64,000 nt of DNA from Thermodesulfobacteriota bacterium. Its GTDB lineage: Bacteria; Desulfobacterota; BSN033; UBA1163. The notes below the pieces were generated by a model that saw only the letters and a program-made list of their open reading frames with translations, searched no databases and had not been told where the DNA came from. Shown piece by piece: positions 45,846-54,796 of the stretch. The stretch is from NCBI GenBank assembly GCA_049514515.1, contig JBEKUZ010000004.1, forward strand, positions 15,321-79,320, read 5' to 3'. The position numbers and the translations under genes were made by a program. Positions within the stretch are counted from its first letter, which is position 1. The number at the start of each line of letters is the position of its first letter.

Positions 45846-46922
45846 TTATCGGCGAGGACTTTCTCCCCTTATCTTTATTAATTCTGCTACAATGCTGACA
45901 GCGATTTCCTCAGGGGTTTCGGAGTTGATGTCAAGTCCGATGGGTGCGTGAACTCGTTCCAGCGTCTCTTTGGAGATTCCTTTTTTCTTCAAACTCTGAT
46001 AAAGAGTCTTAATCTTCTTCTTCGACCCTATCATTCCGATATACCGCGCGTTTGTCTTGATTGCCTGTTCCAGCACGAAGCCATCATAAAGATGACCTCG
46101 GGTGACGATGACAATATATGAGGAATCATCAACATCGAGTCGGTCGAAGCACTTCTCAAATTCTGACACGACGACTTCGTCCACTTCTGGGAAACGCTCT
46201 CGATTGGCAAACATCTCCCGGTCATCGATGACCATCACCCTGAAATGGACTTTCTTGACAAGAGGAGCCAACTGTTCAGAAATATGGCCTCCCCCAAAAA
46301 TATAGACCGTCGGCTCACAAAAAACGGGTTCCAGCAGGACTTCCACCTTTCTCTGTTCAGAATTTAAGACTGACATCTTCGGCCTTTTCTCTTTTAATAA
46401 TATCTTACCTTCACTCAAAAGCTTTTTCCGTAATTCCACTCCGCCAAATAAAGAACCGAACTTCTCTCCGGAAGTCTTCATCAATATCTTCGGGCCTTCT
46501 CTTTTTGGAAAATCAGCATCCACCGAGACCAGCGTAGCCAAAATAGCTGACCCGCCCTTCTGTCTTATCTTTGCCGCCTCCTGGTAGATGCTTAAGAAAT
46601 CTTCTTCAAGGGGTTCCAAAAAGATGTCAATATTTCCCCCGCAGATCAGCCCACCTTCTGCCAATTGCTCAGACGTAAGGTCGAAATGGAGAATTCGCCC
46701 CTTCCCTGTCTCCATCACTTTTTGAGCTTCTTGCCAAACCTCTGCCTCAACGCATCCTCCCCCAATAGAGCCGACAGAAGTTCCGTCTCCTTTAACCAAA
46801 TATTTCGCGCCCACTGCCCTGGGGGCAGAGCCTATCCGGTTGACCAGAGTAGCAAGTGCACACTTTTCTTTGTTCTCAAGGGCTCTCACTATATCAACGT
46901 ATATGTCCTGCACGATCCTCAT
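45846..46922 (-). CDS. xdhC: XdhC/CoxI-family molybdenum-hydroxylase accessory protein
   Basis: XdhC_CoxI N-terminal domain + XdhC Rossmann C-terminal domain (VYIFGGGHISEQLAPL). Confidence 0.85.
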   Translation of the reverse strand: MRIVQDIYVDIVRALENKEKCALATLVNRIGSAPRAVGAKYLVKGDGTSVGSIGGGCVEAEVWQEAQKVMETGKGRILHFDLTSEQLAEGGLICGGNIDIFLEPLEEDFLSIYQEAAKIRQKGGSAILATLVSVDADFPKREGPKILMKTSGEKFGSLFGGVELRKKLLSEGKILLKEKRPKMSVLNSEQRKVEVLLEPVFCEPTVYIFGGGHISEQLAPLVKKVHFRVMVIDDREMFANRERFPEVDEVVVSEFEKCFDRLDVDDSSYIVIVTRGHLYDGFVLEQAIKTNARYIGMIGSKKKIKTLYQSLKKKGISKETLERVHAPIGLDINSETPEEIAVSIVAELIKIRGESPRR

Positions 46923-47039
46923 CCCTCACTAAACTCTTAGGAAATAAGAGACCTCCTTATGATTTCATCCCATTCCGGTATGTTGGAGTGCACTCACCCC
47001 TATGTGCTACGGTGATATTTTCCGTAATGGGCTTCATTT

Positions 47040-47618
47040 TTAAGGCCTCTTTCCTTTTGTGGCTGGTTTCTGCTCCGTCCGTGGAGGCATTTTTTCCACA
47101 TCCTTTGAATGGGCAAGAGGAAGAAGGTAGAGTTTGTAAAAAATTGGGTCACCCCACAATTTGATTTCGGGTGCCAAATCCCCTACTAGAGCGGAGAAGG
47201 GAGGAAAATTGTTATAGGCATTAAAATTCTCCGAGACGTCTTTTAAACATTTATAAAGCTTGACCGAGGCGCCGAGATGAGCGGGTTTCTCCTTCAACAA
47301 CTTAATCTGTTGAATTCCCGTTTCGATCGATGCTTGGTCTTCCTCCAGCTTTGATATCCAAAATTTTCCCTCCTGATATAGAACCTCCGTCTCCCCCGTC
47401 TGAACGGCCTGCATCAGCTTTGTGCGAATCCCTTGAGCCCGCTTCATCACTTCATCCAGTTGATTGAGCAGCTCCATTTTGTCTTTCTTGGAAAGTTCGA
47501 CGGTCTTGGATGAGGCTTTTGACAAAAAATACTGCAGAGTATCGTCTTCTGCAAAGCCCATGCTGGTGAAGCCAAAGGACAAAAGAATTGCCGTGAGAAA
47601 GAATTTGCCACGTCTCAT
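47040..47618 (-). CDS. Secreted hypothetical protein (signal peptide, coiled-coil)
   Basis: MRRGKFFLTAILLSFGFTSMGFA signal peptide. No family recognised. Confidence 0.45.
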   Translation of the reverse strand: MRRGKFFLTAILLSFGFTSMGFAEDDTLQYFLSKASSKTVELSKKDKMELLNQLDEVMKRAQGIRTKLMQAVQTGETEVLYQEGKFWISKLEEDQASIETGIQQIKLLKEKPAHLGASVKLYKCLKDVSENFNAYNNFPPFSALVGDLAPEIKLWGDPIFYKLYLLPLAHSKDVEKMPPRTEQKPATKGKRP

Positions 47619-47728
47619 CTTATCCCTCCATTAACCTCTCGTCCATCCCCTCTCCTCTGCCTGGAAGGCAGGGAAAACAGCCCACCCGTTTGGGCAATGG
47701 TCACGGTGACGAGGCCCGTTTCGGACAA

Positions 47729-47876
47729 TGAACGATGGACAACGAACAAATAAACAAAAAAATAATAAGCTGTTCATCGTTTATCGTTTCATGTTCATCG
47801 TCCCTAACAACATGGGCATCCTCACCCTTGCCCGCGGACAGAACCTGTTTTCAATGAAATCGTTCACGATGAACTT
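47729..47876. promoter_or_regulatory. Array of TGTTCATCG / CGATGAACA motif repeats (3' of yqeC, 5' of the secreted-protein gene)
   Basis: ATGAACGATGGACAACGAACA; GCTGTTCATCGTTTATCGTTTCATGTTCATCGT (about 10-bp periodicity); palindrome GTTCACGATGAAC at 47862-47874; GTCACGGTGAC at 47708-47718. Confidence 0.55.
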
Positions 47877-48695
47877 CTATGGAAAGATCACCTCTACCAC
47901 AGGGGGCTCACTATTCAACTGTCCCAAGACGATCTTTTCGATCTTCTGGTGCTTTTTGTCAAGAACTTTCTGCGCGATATTCCTTGCCTTTGCTACGCCA
48001 TCTGGAAGGTCCACTTTGTTAAGGAAGGCGACGACCCTAGACGAAGAAGGAGCTCCTTTAAAGATGCCCTCGGAATGAGTCATTAAAATAGCCATGGCCT
48101 CATCCGTCAGCCTTTCTCCAACAGGAATCCCTGTTATCTTTGAAACCCTTTCCGGCTGAAAAACATTTTCATCGCTTAATTCTTTCCCCATCCCATCTGT
48201 CCCCAAAATGGCCACGACTAAACTCGTCGCCGTTGGGATCACGGGCTCATTCTCCCTCGGCGCTTTCACCGGTCGGCCCGCCGCGCCATCCGCTTCTACA
48301 ATAACCACATCCGTTTCACGTAAACGCCAAAGTGCACCCACTAATTTTTGAGAAATCCCCTTCAATTTCCCTGATTCAAGCCTCTCCCGAGCAACCGTGA
48401 TATGAGCGTATCGATCGAGATGGCGCCGCACAAAATCCTTAATCTTCCCTTCATCCGGATCGACAAACAGAGAACCCGTTTCTCCTAAAGCGGGCTCCGC
48501 TATCTTCGTGGTCGTAGTGGTAACCACCTTCATCCCGCGGAGAAGCAGCTCTTTGGCAAGGCGAAACATGAGTGTGGTCTTTCCCCCTGCCCCGACCAAG
48601 CTGACCACGTCCCTTGCCTTGATCCCCAAGGCTTCGGTCAGAGAATCAACCATGCCTTCCTCTTTGGGGTCTCCTTCACAAGCTCTCCGTGACAA
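47877..48695 (-). CDS. yqeC: YqeC-family selenium-dependent molybdenum hydroxylase accessory protein (P-loop)
   Basis: P-loop LVGAGGKTTLM. Length and pattern fit the TIGR03172 family. Confidence 0.7.
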   Translation of the reverse strand: MSRRACEGDPKEEGMVDSLTEALGIKARDVVSLVGAGGKTTLMFRLAKELLLRGMKVVTTTTTKIAEPALGETGSLFVDPDEGKIKDFVRRHLDRYAHITVARERLESGKLKGISQKLVGALWRLRETDVVIVEADGAAGRPVKAPRENEPVIPTATSLVVAILGTDGMGKELSDENVFQPERVSKITGIPVGERLTDEAMAILMTHSEGIFKGAPSSSRVVAFLNKVDLPDGVAKARNIAQKVLDKKHQKIEKIVLGQLNSEPPVVEVIFP

Positions 48696-48725
48696 ACACG
48701 TGACGGACGATAAATGATGAACAGT

Positions 48726-48810
48726 GCGTCTTCTCTTTTGTTCACTGCCTATAGTCTATTGCCCACGGTTCATTGTTCATCGCCCATTGTTCATGGTTGA
48801 TCGTTCGAAA
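48726..48810. promoter_or_regulatory. Second array of GTTCATCG-type repeats upstream of yqeC
   Basis: CGATAAATGATGAACAGTG; TTGTTCACTG; CGGTTCATTGTTCATCGCCCATTGTTCATGGTTGATCGTTCG; also CGTGACAAACACGTGAC. Confidence 0.55.
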
Positions 48811-48842
48811 CGTCCCTCGTCACCCGATCCCGAACACCATCT

Positions 48843-49688
48843 TCATCGATTGAACCTGTATAAAACGGCTTCCAGCACTCCTCCGCCAATGGCTCTTGCT
48901 TTATCTGAGATAGTAAAGCAGGACTCCTTTTTGCCCCTCGGATCGATATCGCCTACCTTCATCCCTTTCTTTACTTCCACCCCTTCTCGAAGAAGCCCTC
49001 TCAAAACACCGCTGATTCTGGCGATGACCGGAAAATCGTCTACCACCGCCACCACGGATCCCATTTCCAGTCTATCTCCAATTGATTTTTGTGGATGGAA
49101 AATCCCCTTTTTCATTGTTCGAAGAACCCTTCCCATCGTATATCCGCCGATCTCCCCCGGAATGCCCGTGTCAGGTTCTGCTGTCCCATTCAAGATCATC
49201 CTGCCCAGCTGCTGTCCGCGATTCGTTTCGATGACGATGTGAACATCTCTTCCTGCCGTAAACCCTGGACCAAGACCGATCACCAAAGGCGCATCGTGAA
49301 CCTGAGTACCTAAATTCTGCTTAGCCATGATGGCGTCCACCAGGACATCGGGTTTCAAAAAACTTTTTGTCCTCTTCCCATCAGGGTCCACAAGAATTGG
49401 GACGTCCGCTTTCTGCCACACGGATACAACTTCCTCCGGCCTGGAAATAAGTCGGGCACGAACGCCTTCCACTTCTTTCTTGCCTTCATAGATCGCCTCG
49501 CTGAAGGCTACCTCTCTTCTTACAGCCAGGGGATGGGGGATCTCTGTCAGGCAGATCTTAAAATGGGACCGGTAAAGCCGGTGGGCAACCCCGCTGGCGA
49601 CCTCCCCGGCCCCTCGAATCAAAACGACTAACTCACCCACGCTCTTTTTTGATTTCGTCTGAATTCCCTTCTTCATTCTCTCACTCAA
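48843..49688 (-). CDS. yqeB: YqeB-family selenium-dependent molybdenum hydroxylase system protein
   Basis: N-terminal Rossmann-like GAGEVASGVAHRL. Length (~280 aa) and pattern fit TIGR03309/EF2563-type. 4-nt overlap with mocA. Confidence 0.6.
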   Translation of the reverse strand: MSERMKKGIQTKSKKSVGELVVLIRGAGEVASGVAHRLYRSHFKICLTEIPHPLAVRREVAFSEAIYEGKKEVEGVRARLISRPEEVVSVWQKADVPILVDPDGKRTKSFLKPDVLVDAIMAKQNLGTQVHDAPLVIGLGPGFTAGRDVHIVIETNRGQQLGRMILNGTAEPDTGIPGEIGGYTMGRVLRTMKKGIFHPQKSIGDRLEMGSVVAVVDDFPVIARISGVLRGLLREGVEVKKGMKVGDIDPRGKKESCFTISDKARAIGGGVLEAVLYRFNR

Positions 49689-50281
49689 TCCTTGCTTCTT
49701 CCTTCTCGCCCTTTTTTATAATCTTGCCACGTATCCACATCCTTTACAACGCCTATCGATTTTACGCGAATCGCTCGTACGTCTTGAGGATGCCTCTCCA
49801 TGATGGGCCTGCCTCCCACATCTCCCTCCAAATTCAATAACTCCTTCCTGTATCTCCTATGGAAAATAACAGGATGCCCTTGTCTACCCTGAAAGGAGGG
49901 AACGATGATTCCACCTTTTCCTTTTTGAAAGGCATGGATCAAAACATTGATCGTCGGCGTCTTGAGAAAAGGCTGATCCCCCAAAGCGATGAGGATCCCG
50001 TCACTTTTGGAGCGGACGGCCATAAGACCTCTACGGATGGAAGTACTCATGCCCCTGTACGAATAGGGATTGATGACGGCTCTCGCTTTTCGACTGCGAA
50101 ATAGATTTTTCGCCCCCTTCTTTCGAACGCCAAGGACGATGACTAGCTCCCGGACTTCAGATCGCAACAGAGTTTCAAAGCAATGCTCCAGGACGGTCTT
50201 CCTTCCCCAAGGCAGGGATAATTTATCGACGCCCATTCTTTTCGACTTACCGGCTCCGAGGAGAATGGCTGAAATCATCAT
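49685..50281 (-). CDS. mocA: Molybdenum cofactor cytidylyl/guanylyl-transferase (MocA/MobA-like NTP transferase)
   Basis: ILLGAGKSKRMGVDKLSLPW...LGDQP: MobA-like NTP_transf_3 signature. Confidence 0.8.
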   Translation of the reverse strand: MMISAILLGAGKSKRMGVDKLSLPWGRKTVLEHCFETLLRSEVRELVIVLGVRKKGAKNLFRSRKARAVINPYSYRGMSTSIRRGLMAVRSKSDGILIALGDQPFLKTPTINVLIHAFQKGKGGIIVPSFQGRQGHPVIFHRRYRKELLNLEGDVGGRPIMERHPQDVRAIRVKSIGVVKDVDTWQDYKKGREGRSKD

Positions 50282-50645
50282 CTTCTTCTATTTGTTAACT
50301 CTTACAAATTTAATCCGTATCCTCAATTTCTGTCAAGGTTTTGAGGCAGAATATCGGCTCTTAACTCTATCGGACGCTTGCAAAAAAAACGGACAAGCTT
50401 TCCGCTGAATCCTTTGAGAAGGAGGAATCTGAGGGCCGATTCCAATATTGCCTTCGCTGTTGTGGATTCAAGAGTTTTAAGGGGATACCCGATTGGTAGG
50501 GAAAGCAGAATTCTCGAAAAGTGTGATATCTACGATGGTGTCGTCTGTTATCTTCAGACCCTGCCAATGAAAATGCCTGGTCCTCGGCGTGTCGAAATAA
50601 CCGAGTGGAGAAAATCTTCAATCCCGGTACGTGAAAAAAGAAATC

Positions 50646-50690
50646 CCCCCAGGTCTTCCTTTACAGGCTGAGGTGGGGGGATTAACAAAC
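50646..50690 (-). terminator. Intrinsic terminator after the bacterioferritin gene
   Basis: Minus strand: AATCCCCCCACCTC-agcctgtaaaggaag-ACCTGGGGGGATT followed by TCTTTTTTC. Confidence 0.65.
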
Positions 50691-50691
50691 C

Positions 50692-51147
50692 CTACACTTC
50701 TTCCAGCATCGTGGTGAAGAGATCGTGATGCTCCTCTTCATCCTCAAGGATCTCTTTGAACATAAAAGCCGTCGTAACATCCCCTTCTTTTTGAGCCAGC
50801 TCAATAATCCCCCGATACATCTCGATCGCTTCTACCTCTGCCCTTACATCGAGTTCGAGGAACTCTTTCAAACTCTCCCCCACCTTGATGGGTGATGGTT
50901 TAGTGGTTGGGGTTCCCTCAAGATACCAAAGTCTCTCAGCAATCTTCTCGGCATGTTTCATCTCCACAATGGCCGTCTGTTGGAATTTATCCTGGACCGC
51001 AACGCCCTTCACCCCCACCACCTGCACATGCTGCCACATGTACTGGATGCTAACTTGAATCTCCCTGGCAATGGCGTCATTTAACATTCCTTTCAGCTTG
51101 TCACTCGCCTTGACGACAGGTTTTAACGAAATTGCCATATCCTTCAC
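50692..51147 (-). CDS. bfr: Bacterioferritin / ferritin-like diiron protein
   Basis: Ferritin-like four-helix pattern with E...EXXH metal ligands (EMKHAEKI...EEEHHDL). Confidence 0.75.
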   Translation of the reverse strand: MKDMAISLKPVVKASDKLKGMLNDAIAREIQVSIQYMWQHVQVVGVKGVAVQDKFQQTAIVEMKHAEKIAERLWYLEGTPTTKPSPIKVGESLKEFLELDVRAEVEAIEMYRGIIELAQKEGDVTTAFMFKEILEDEEEHHDLFTTMLEEV

Positions 51148-51365
51148 CTCCTCTCTGAATTTGGATTAGTCATCCTTCATTTTCTGTTCCAATTCTCTAC
51201 CAAGCCCCTTTCGAAAGAAATAAGGTGAAGTACGTATTTTTCGATGAAAAGCACGGTATTTTTGAAAAGGGCTTAACGATTTGCACACAGGCTGCCCTTT
51301 CCAATCGCTGAATCTTAAGCATCAGATTGACATATTGATTTGGTTATGCTATCGCTAAGCCAAAG

Positions 51366-52517
51366 ATGGGAACTAAATTTCCAAAAATCATCCTCCTGTC
51401 CTTCTTCCTAATCCCCATCCTGACTTTACAGCCTACTTTTGCCCCGGCTGCCCTCATCACAGATGTGAGGTCTTGGTCTGCCACGGATCACACCCGAGTG
51501 GTCATCGACCTCACGGAACCCGTCCAATATGAGAGCACTTCACAGGAAAATCCTCCTCAATTTCAGCTGGAGTTGAAAGGGGTCTACTTCTATACTCCCA
51601 AGAGAGAGTTGGAAGTGAAAGATCCGTTTCTTAGCACGATTAGTCTAACGGATCTTGGCGATGGAAGAGTCAGAATTATTTTTCAGCAAAAAAAGACCTT
51701 GAACACCAATGTTTTCCTTCTAAAGCCTTACCAAGATAAACCCCACCGTCTTGTCATTGACCTTATCGATGTATCGCTGGAGAAAAAGGAAATAGAAGAG
51801 AGGCAGAAGCAAAAAGAGATCAGACCCAAAGGGACCAAGATCGTTGTCATTGATCCGGGTCACGGCGGGGAAGATCCGGGAGCCATCGGTCCGAAAAAGA
51901 CGATGGAAAAGGATATCGTTTTAAAGGTAGGAGCGAAATTGCTTCAACTCCTTAATCGAGACAAGGAAATTCAGGCATTCCTTACCCGAAAAGGAGATTA
52001 TTTTATTCCTTTGGGCGGTAGAAGTAAGATGGCAACGGATTACGGTGCCGACCTATTTATCAGCCTCCATACAGACGCAAGTTTCAACCCGCAGGCCAGA
52101 GGATCCTCTGTCTATTGTCTCTCCCTCGCGGGAGCCACGGATCAAGCAGCTAAGATCCTCGCTGACAAAGAGAATTTGTCAAACTTTTTGGGCGGTGTTA
52201 CCTCAAAACCTATTACCAACGGAAAAGATAAGGTGGAGCCGATTTTGGTGGACCTCGCGCAGAACGATACGATGAGGGAAAGCTTTGTATTCGCTGAGAC
52301 TGTTCTCCAGGACCTTAAGGCTGTCAACCTACTAAAATACTCTTCCTACCGGCAGGCCAACTTCATTGTTTTGAGAGCCCCGAGGATCCCTTCTGTGCTG
52401 ATCGAGATGGCTTACATCACGAATAAGGAAGACGAACGCTTGCTCAAGAGCAGCGACTTTCAAGAAAAAATAGCGAAAGCCCTCGCCGTCTCTATTAAAA
52501 AATACTTCAGACCCTAA
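51366..52517 (+). CDS. amiC: N-acetylmuramoyl-L-alanine amidase with N-terminal AMIN domain (AmiC-like)
   Basis: Signal peptide, AMIN domain, Amidase_3 catalytic domain (VIDPGHGGEDPGAIG...LFISLHTDA). Confidence 0.9.
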   Translation: MGTKFPKIILLSFFLIPILTLQPTFAPAALITDVRSWSATDHTRVVIDLTEPVQYESTSQENPPQFQLELKGVYFYTPKRELEVKDPFLSTISLTDLGDGRVRIIFQQKKTLNTNVFLLKPYQDKPHRLVIDLIDVSLEKKEIEERQKQKEIRPKGTKIVVIDPGHGGEDPGAIGPKKTMEKDIVLKVGAKLLQLLNRDKEIQAFLTRKGDYFIPLGGRSKMATDYGADLFISLHTDASFNPQARGSSVYCLSLAGATDQAAKILADKENLSNFLGGVTSKPITNGKDKVEPILVDLAQNDTMRESFVFAETVLQDLKAVNLLKYSSYRQANFIVLRAPRIPSVLIEMAYITNKEDERLLKSSDFQEKIAKALAVSIKKYFRP

Positions 52518-52804
52518 CGCCTTCGGCTGCTCCTATTGACGTCTGCTAGCCGGACAGCCCGTTATCGCGTTGACAGATCGACCGTCTTCTAAGGATCCGT
52601 AAAGGAGTGCTGCGAGCTTGAGGAAGTGTAGAATTCAGATGGACTCTTTAGAAAAGTAGGTGCAACCATAGATTTCGTGATTTTTTTCAAAGATCTCCCA
52701 AAAAATATTTGACAAGCTCTACCATTATCGTATATATAAAAACTAGCCACGAAGGCGATGCTCCTACGAAAGGCGCGGCCAGAAGTGGCTTTTTTATTGA
52801 TGGA

Positions 52805-53239
52805 ATGAGCGTGGAAAAGAGGAAGAAGTCCATCGCAGTGATCGACGGTCAGGGTGGGGGGATCGGAAGTGCCGTCATCAAGCGCCTGCAGGAAAAGGTT
52901 GCCGGAGAGGCTGAAATCATCGCTTTAGGAACAAATGCAATGGCAACGGGAGCGATGCTGAAAGCGGGCGCCAACAAAGGCGCTTCCGGAGAGAATGCCA
53001 TTGTCCAAACCGTAAAAACCGTGGATATCATCATCGGGACTGCCGGCATCGTGTTGGCCAATTCAATGATGGGGGAGTTGACCCCAACAATGGCAGAGGC
53101 CATTGCTTCGTCACTTGCGATGAAATTTCTGCTCCCGCTAAAAATGCAGGACGTTGAAATCGTTGGTGCGCCGAAGGAACCCCTTCCCCATTTGATTGAT
53201 CAACTGATCAGACGGATCCAAGAATTGGTTGGAACTTGA
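52805..53239 (+). CDS. DUF3842-family protein
   Basis: MSVEKRKKSIAVIDGQGGGIGSAVIKRL. The start is trimmed because a TTGACA-N16/17-TATATA promoter (52707-52742) lies inside the track ORF. Confidence 0.5.
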   Translation: MSVEKRKKSIAVIDGQGGGIGSAVIKRLQEKVAGEAEIIALGTNAMATGAMLKAGANKGASGENAIVQTVKTVDIIIGTAGIVLANSMMGELTPTMAEAIASSLAMKFLLPLKMQDVEIVGAPKEPLPHLIDQLIRRIQELVGT

Positions 53240-53251
53240 AGGGAAAAGCTC

Positions 53252-53300
53252 CGACACGAATCACGCCTGCCTACCCGTAGGCAGGGACACGGACACGTAA
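53252..53300 (+). promoter_or_regulatory. CACGAATCACG–hairpin–GACACGGACACGT motif upstream of the cooT-like gene
   Basis: GACACGAATCACG-CCTGCCTACCCGTAGGCAGG-GACACGGACACGTAAAT, followed by an AGGAGG RBS and the ATG at 53316. Confidence 0.45.
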
Positions 53301-53315
53301 ATTTAGGAGGAAAAA

Positions 53316-53504
53316 ATGTGTGAGGCCAATGCCTATCTAGTAAAAGAAGGAAGGGAAGAATTGGTGCTAGAAGACATCTCCATCCTTCGGCCGGAAAAAG
53401 ATGAACTCTATCTTCAAAATATCTTTGGTGAACAAAAACGGATCAAGGCCCGAATCAAAGAGATGAACCTGATCGATCATCGCATCGTTTTGGAACAAGG
53501 CTAA
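53316..53504 (+). CDS. CooT-like small nickel-binding protein
   Basis: 62 aa starting MCEANAYL (N-terminal Cys2). Size and pattern resemble the CooT family. Confidence 0.55.
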   Translation: MCEANAYLVKEGREELVLEDISILRPEKDELYLQNIFGEQKRIKARIKEMNLIDHRIVLEQG

Positions 53505-53712
53505 ATCGATCCGTTGCCGTGACTCGTCAATCGTGACGGGATGAAGTCTGAATGGGCTGAGAAACAACGATTTACGAATCGCAAAACACGCATTGCGAAT
53601 GAAGAGGCCACGAAAGCCTTTACATCTACAGAAGTAGAAAAAGTCTTCGTGGTCTTTTTATTTTGATCCCCTCCCCAAAGAGGGGGTAAGGGGATCAAAA
53701 AGGAGAAAATAT

Positions 53713-54387
53713 ACGCACATACCGGATGGATTCCTGAGCAATACGCTCAATGCGGCCACTTTTGTCATCTCTGCAGGCGCCTGTGCTTATGGAGTGAGAC
53801 GGGTAAACCGTAACTTTGGAGAGCGAGAAGTTCCCCTGATGGGCGTGACGGCTGCCTTCATTTTCGCCGCTCAGATGATCAATTTTCCTGTGGCCGGAGG
53901 AACCAGCGGCCATTTCCTGGGAGCGGTTTTTTCCTCGGTGCTCCTAGGCCCCTGGGCAAGCCTCATCATTATGACCATCGTCCTCGTTGTCCAATGCCTC
54001 GGATTTGCTGACGGAGGGTTAACCGCTATCGGTTCCAATATCTTCAACATGGGTGTGATGGGAGCATTGGGAGGCTACGGCGTTTTCATCTCTCTTTACG
54101 TCTTGTTCCGGAAAAGCCGAAAGGGATTTTTTATTGCACTTGCTATTGCGTCATGGTGCTCGATTATGATGGGGGCCTGCGCAGCGGCAATTGAATTGGC
54201 GATCTCAGGAACTTCTCCCTTGAAAGTGGCGTTGCCTGCCATGGCAGGTACTCACGCGCTCATCGGCATCGGCGAGGCGATCATCACCACGACGGCAGTT
54301 TCCCTCATTTTAAAAACGAGGCCAGACCTGGTGGGAGCTTACACCCGCCCTCGCATCGACCACAAGAGATCGCTTCATAAATCATGA
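53713..54387 (+). CDS. CbiM/NikM-family ECF-type metal (Ni/Co) transporter substrate-capture subunit
   Basis: Conserved N-terminus (T)HIPDGFLS plus 6-7 TM helices. No in-frame ATG upstream of His: the codon before HIPDGF is ACG, 7 nt after AAGGAGA. The track ORF starts at an internal GTG (53794). Confidence 0.65.
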   Translation, partial: THIPDGFLSNTLNAATFVISAGACAYGVRRVNRNFGEREVPLMGVTAAFIFAAQMINFPVAGGTSGHFLGAVFSSVLLGPWASLIIMTIVLVVQCLGFADGGLTAIGSNIFNMGVMGALGGYGVFISLYVLFRKSRKGFFIALAIASWCSIMMGACAAAIELAISGTSPLKVALPAMAGTHALIGIGEAIITTTAVSLILKTRPDLVGAYTRPRIDHKRSLHKS

Positions 54388-54479
54388 TCCAAGGGTGATA
54401 GGGGTGGAACAACCCAAGGGTCTCTCGTGATTTATGACAGAATCTCCGAGGGGACAGGGCGACCAGGCAGGAGGATTTC

Positions 54480-54776
54480 ATGAAAAGACGGCTTGACGGA
54501 TATGTATGGGTTGGATTGGGAGTCGCCCTTCTCCTGGCCCTCTTTCTCTCACCCTTTGCCTCCACTTCTCCTGAGAGTCTTGAAAAAATCGCAGAAGCAA
54601 AGAGATTATCAGAAAGAGGAGGGGGTTGGAAATTCTGGGAATATGCACCTTTTTCCGATTATACACTTCCGTGGATTAAGAATGCGAAAGTGTCCACCGC
54701 TCTTTCGGGGCTGGTCGGAACCCTTGCTATCTTCTTCATCACGATCGGTATTGCAAAAGTGATTAGAAAACGATAG
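54480..54776 (+). CDS. PDGLE-domain membrane protein (NikL/CbiN-like partner of NikM/CbiM)
   Basis: 98 aa, two TM helices flanking an SPESLEKIAE (PDGLE-like) segment. Confidence 0.55.
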   Translation: MKRRLDGYVWVGLGVALLLALFLSPFASTSPESLEKIAEAKRLSERGGGWKFWEYAPFSDYTLPWIKNAKVSTALSGLVGTLAIFFITIGIAKVIRKR

Positions 54777-54796
54777 AGGACTTGTTCTCAAGGGGA

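Noticed and set aside
47728-48078. 116-aa ORF crossing the TGTTCATCG repeat array into yqeC
   Set aside because: The reading frame is generated by repeat DNA and overlaps the 3' end of yqeC in antisense. No RBS.
50282-50691. ORFs 50378-50671 (+) and 50367-50621 (-) in the mocA upstream region
   Set aside because: These are mutually overlapping and lack RBSs. The region contains a plausible TTGACA-N18-TAAATT promoter for mocA on the minus strand and is more likely regulatory.
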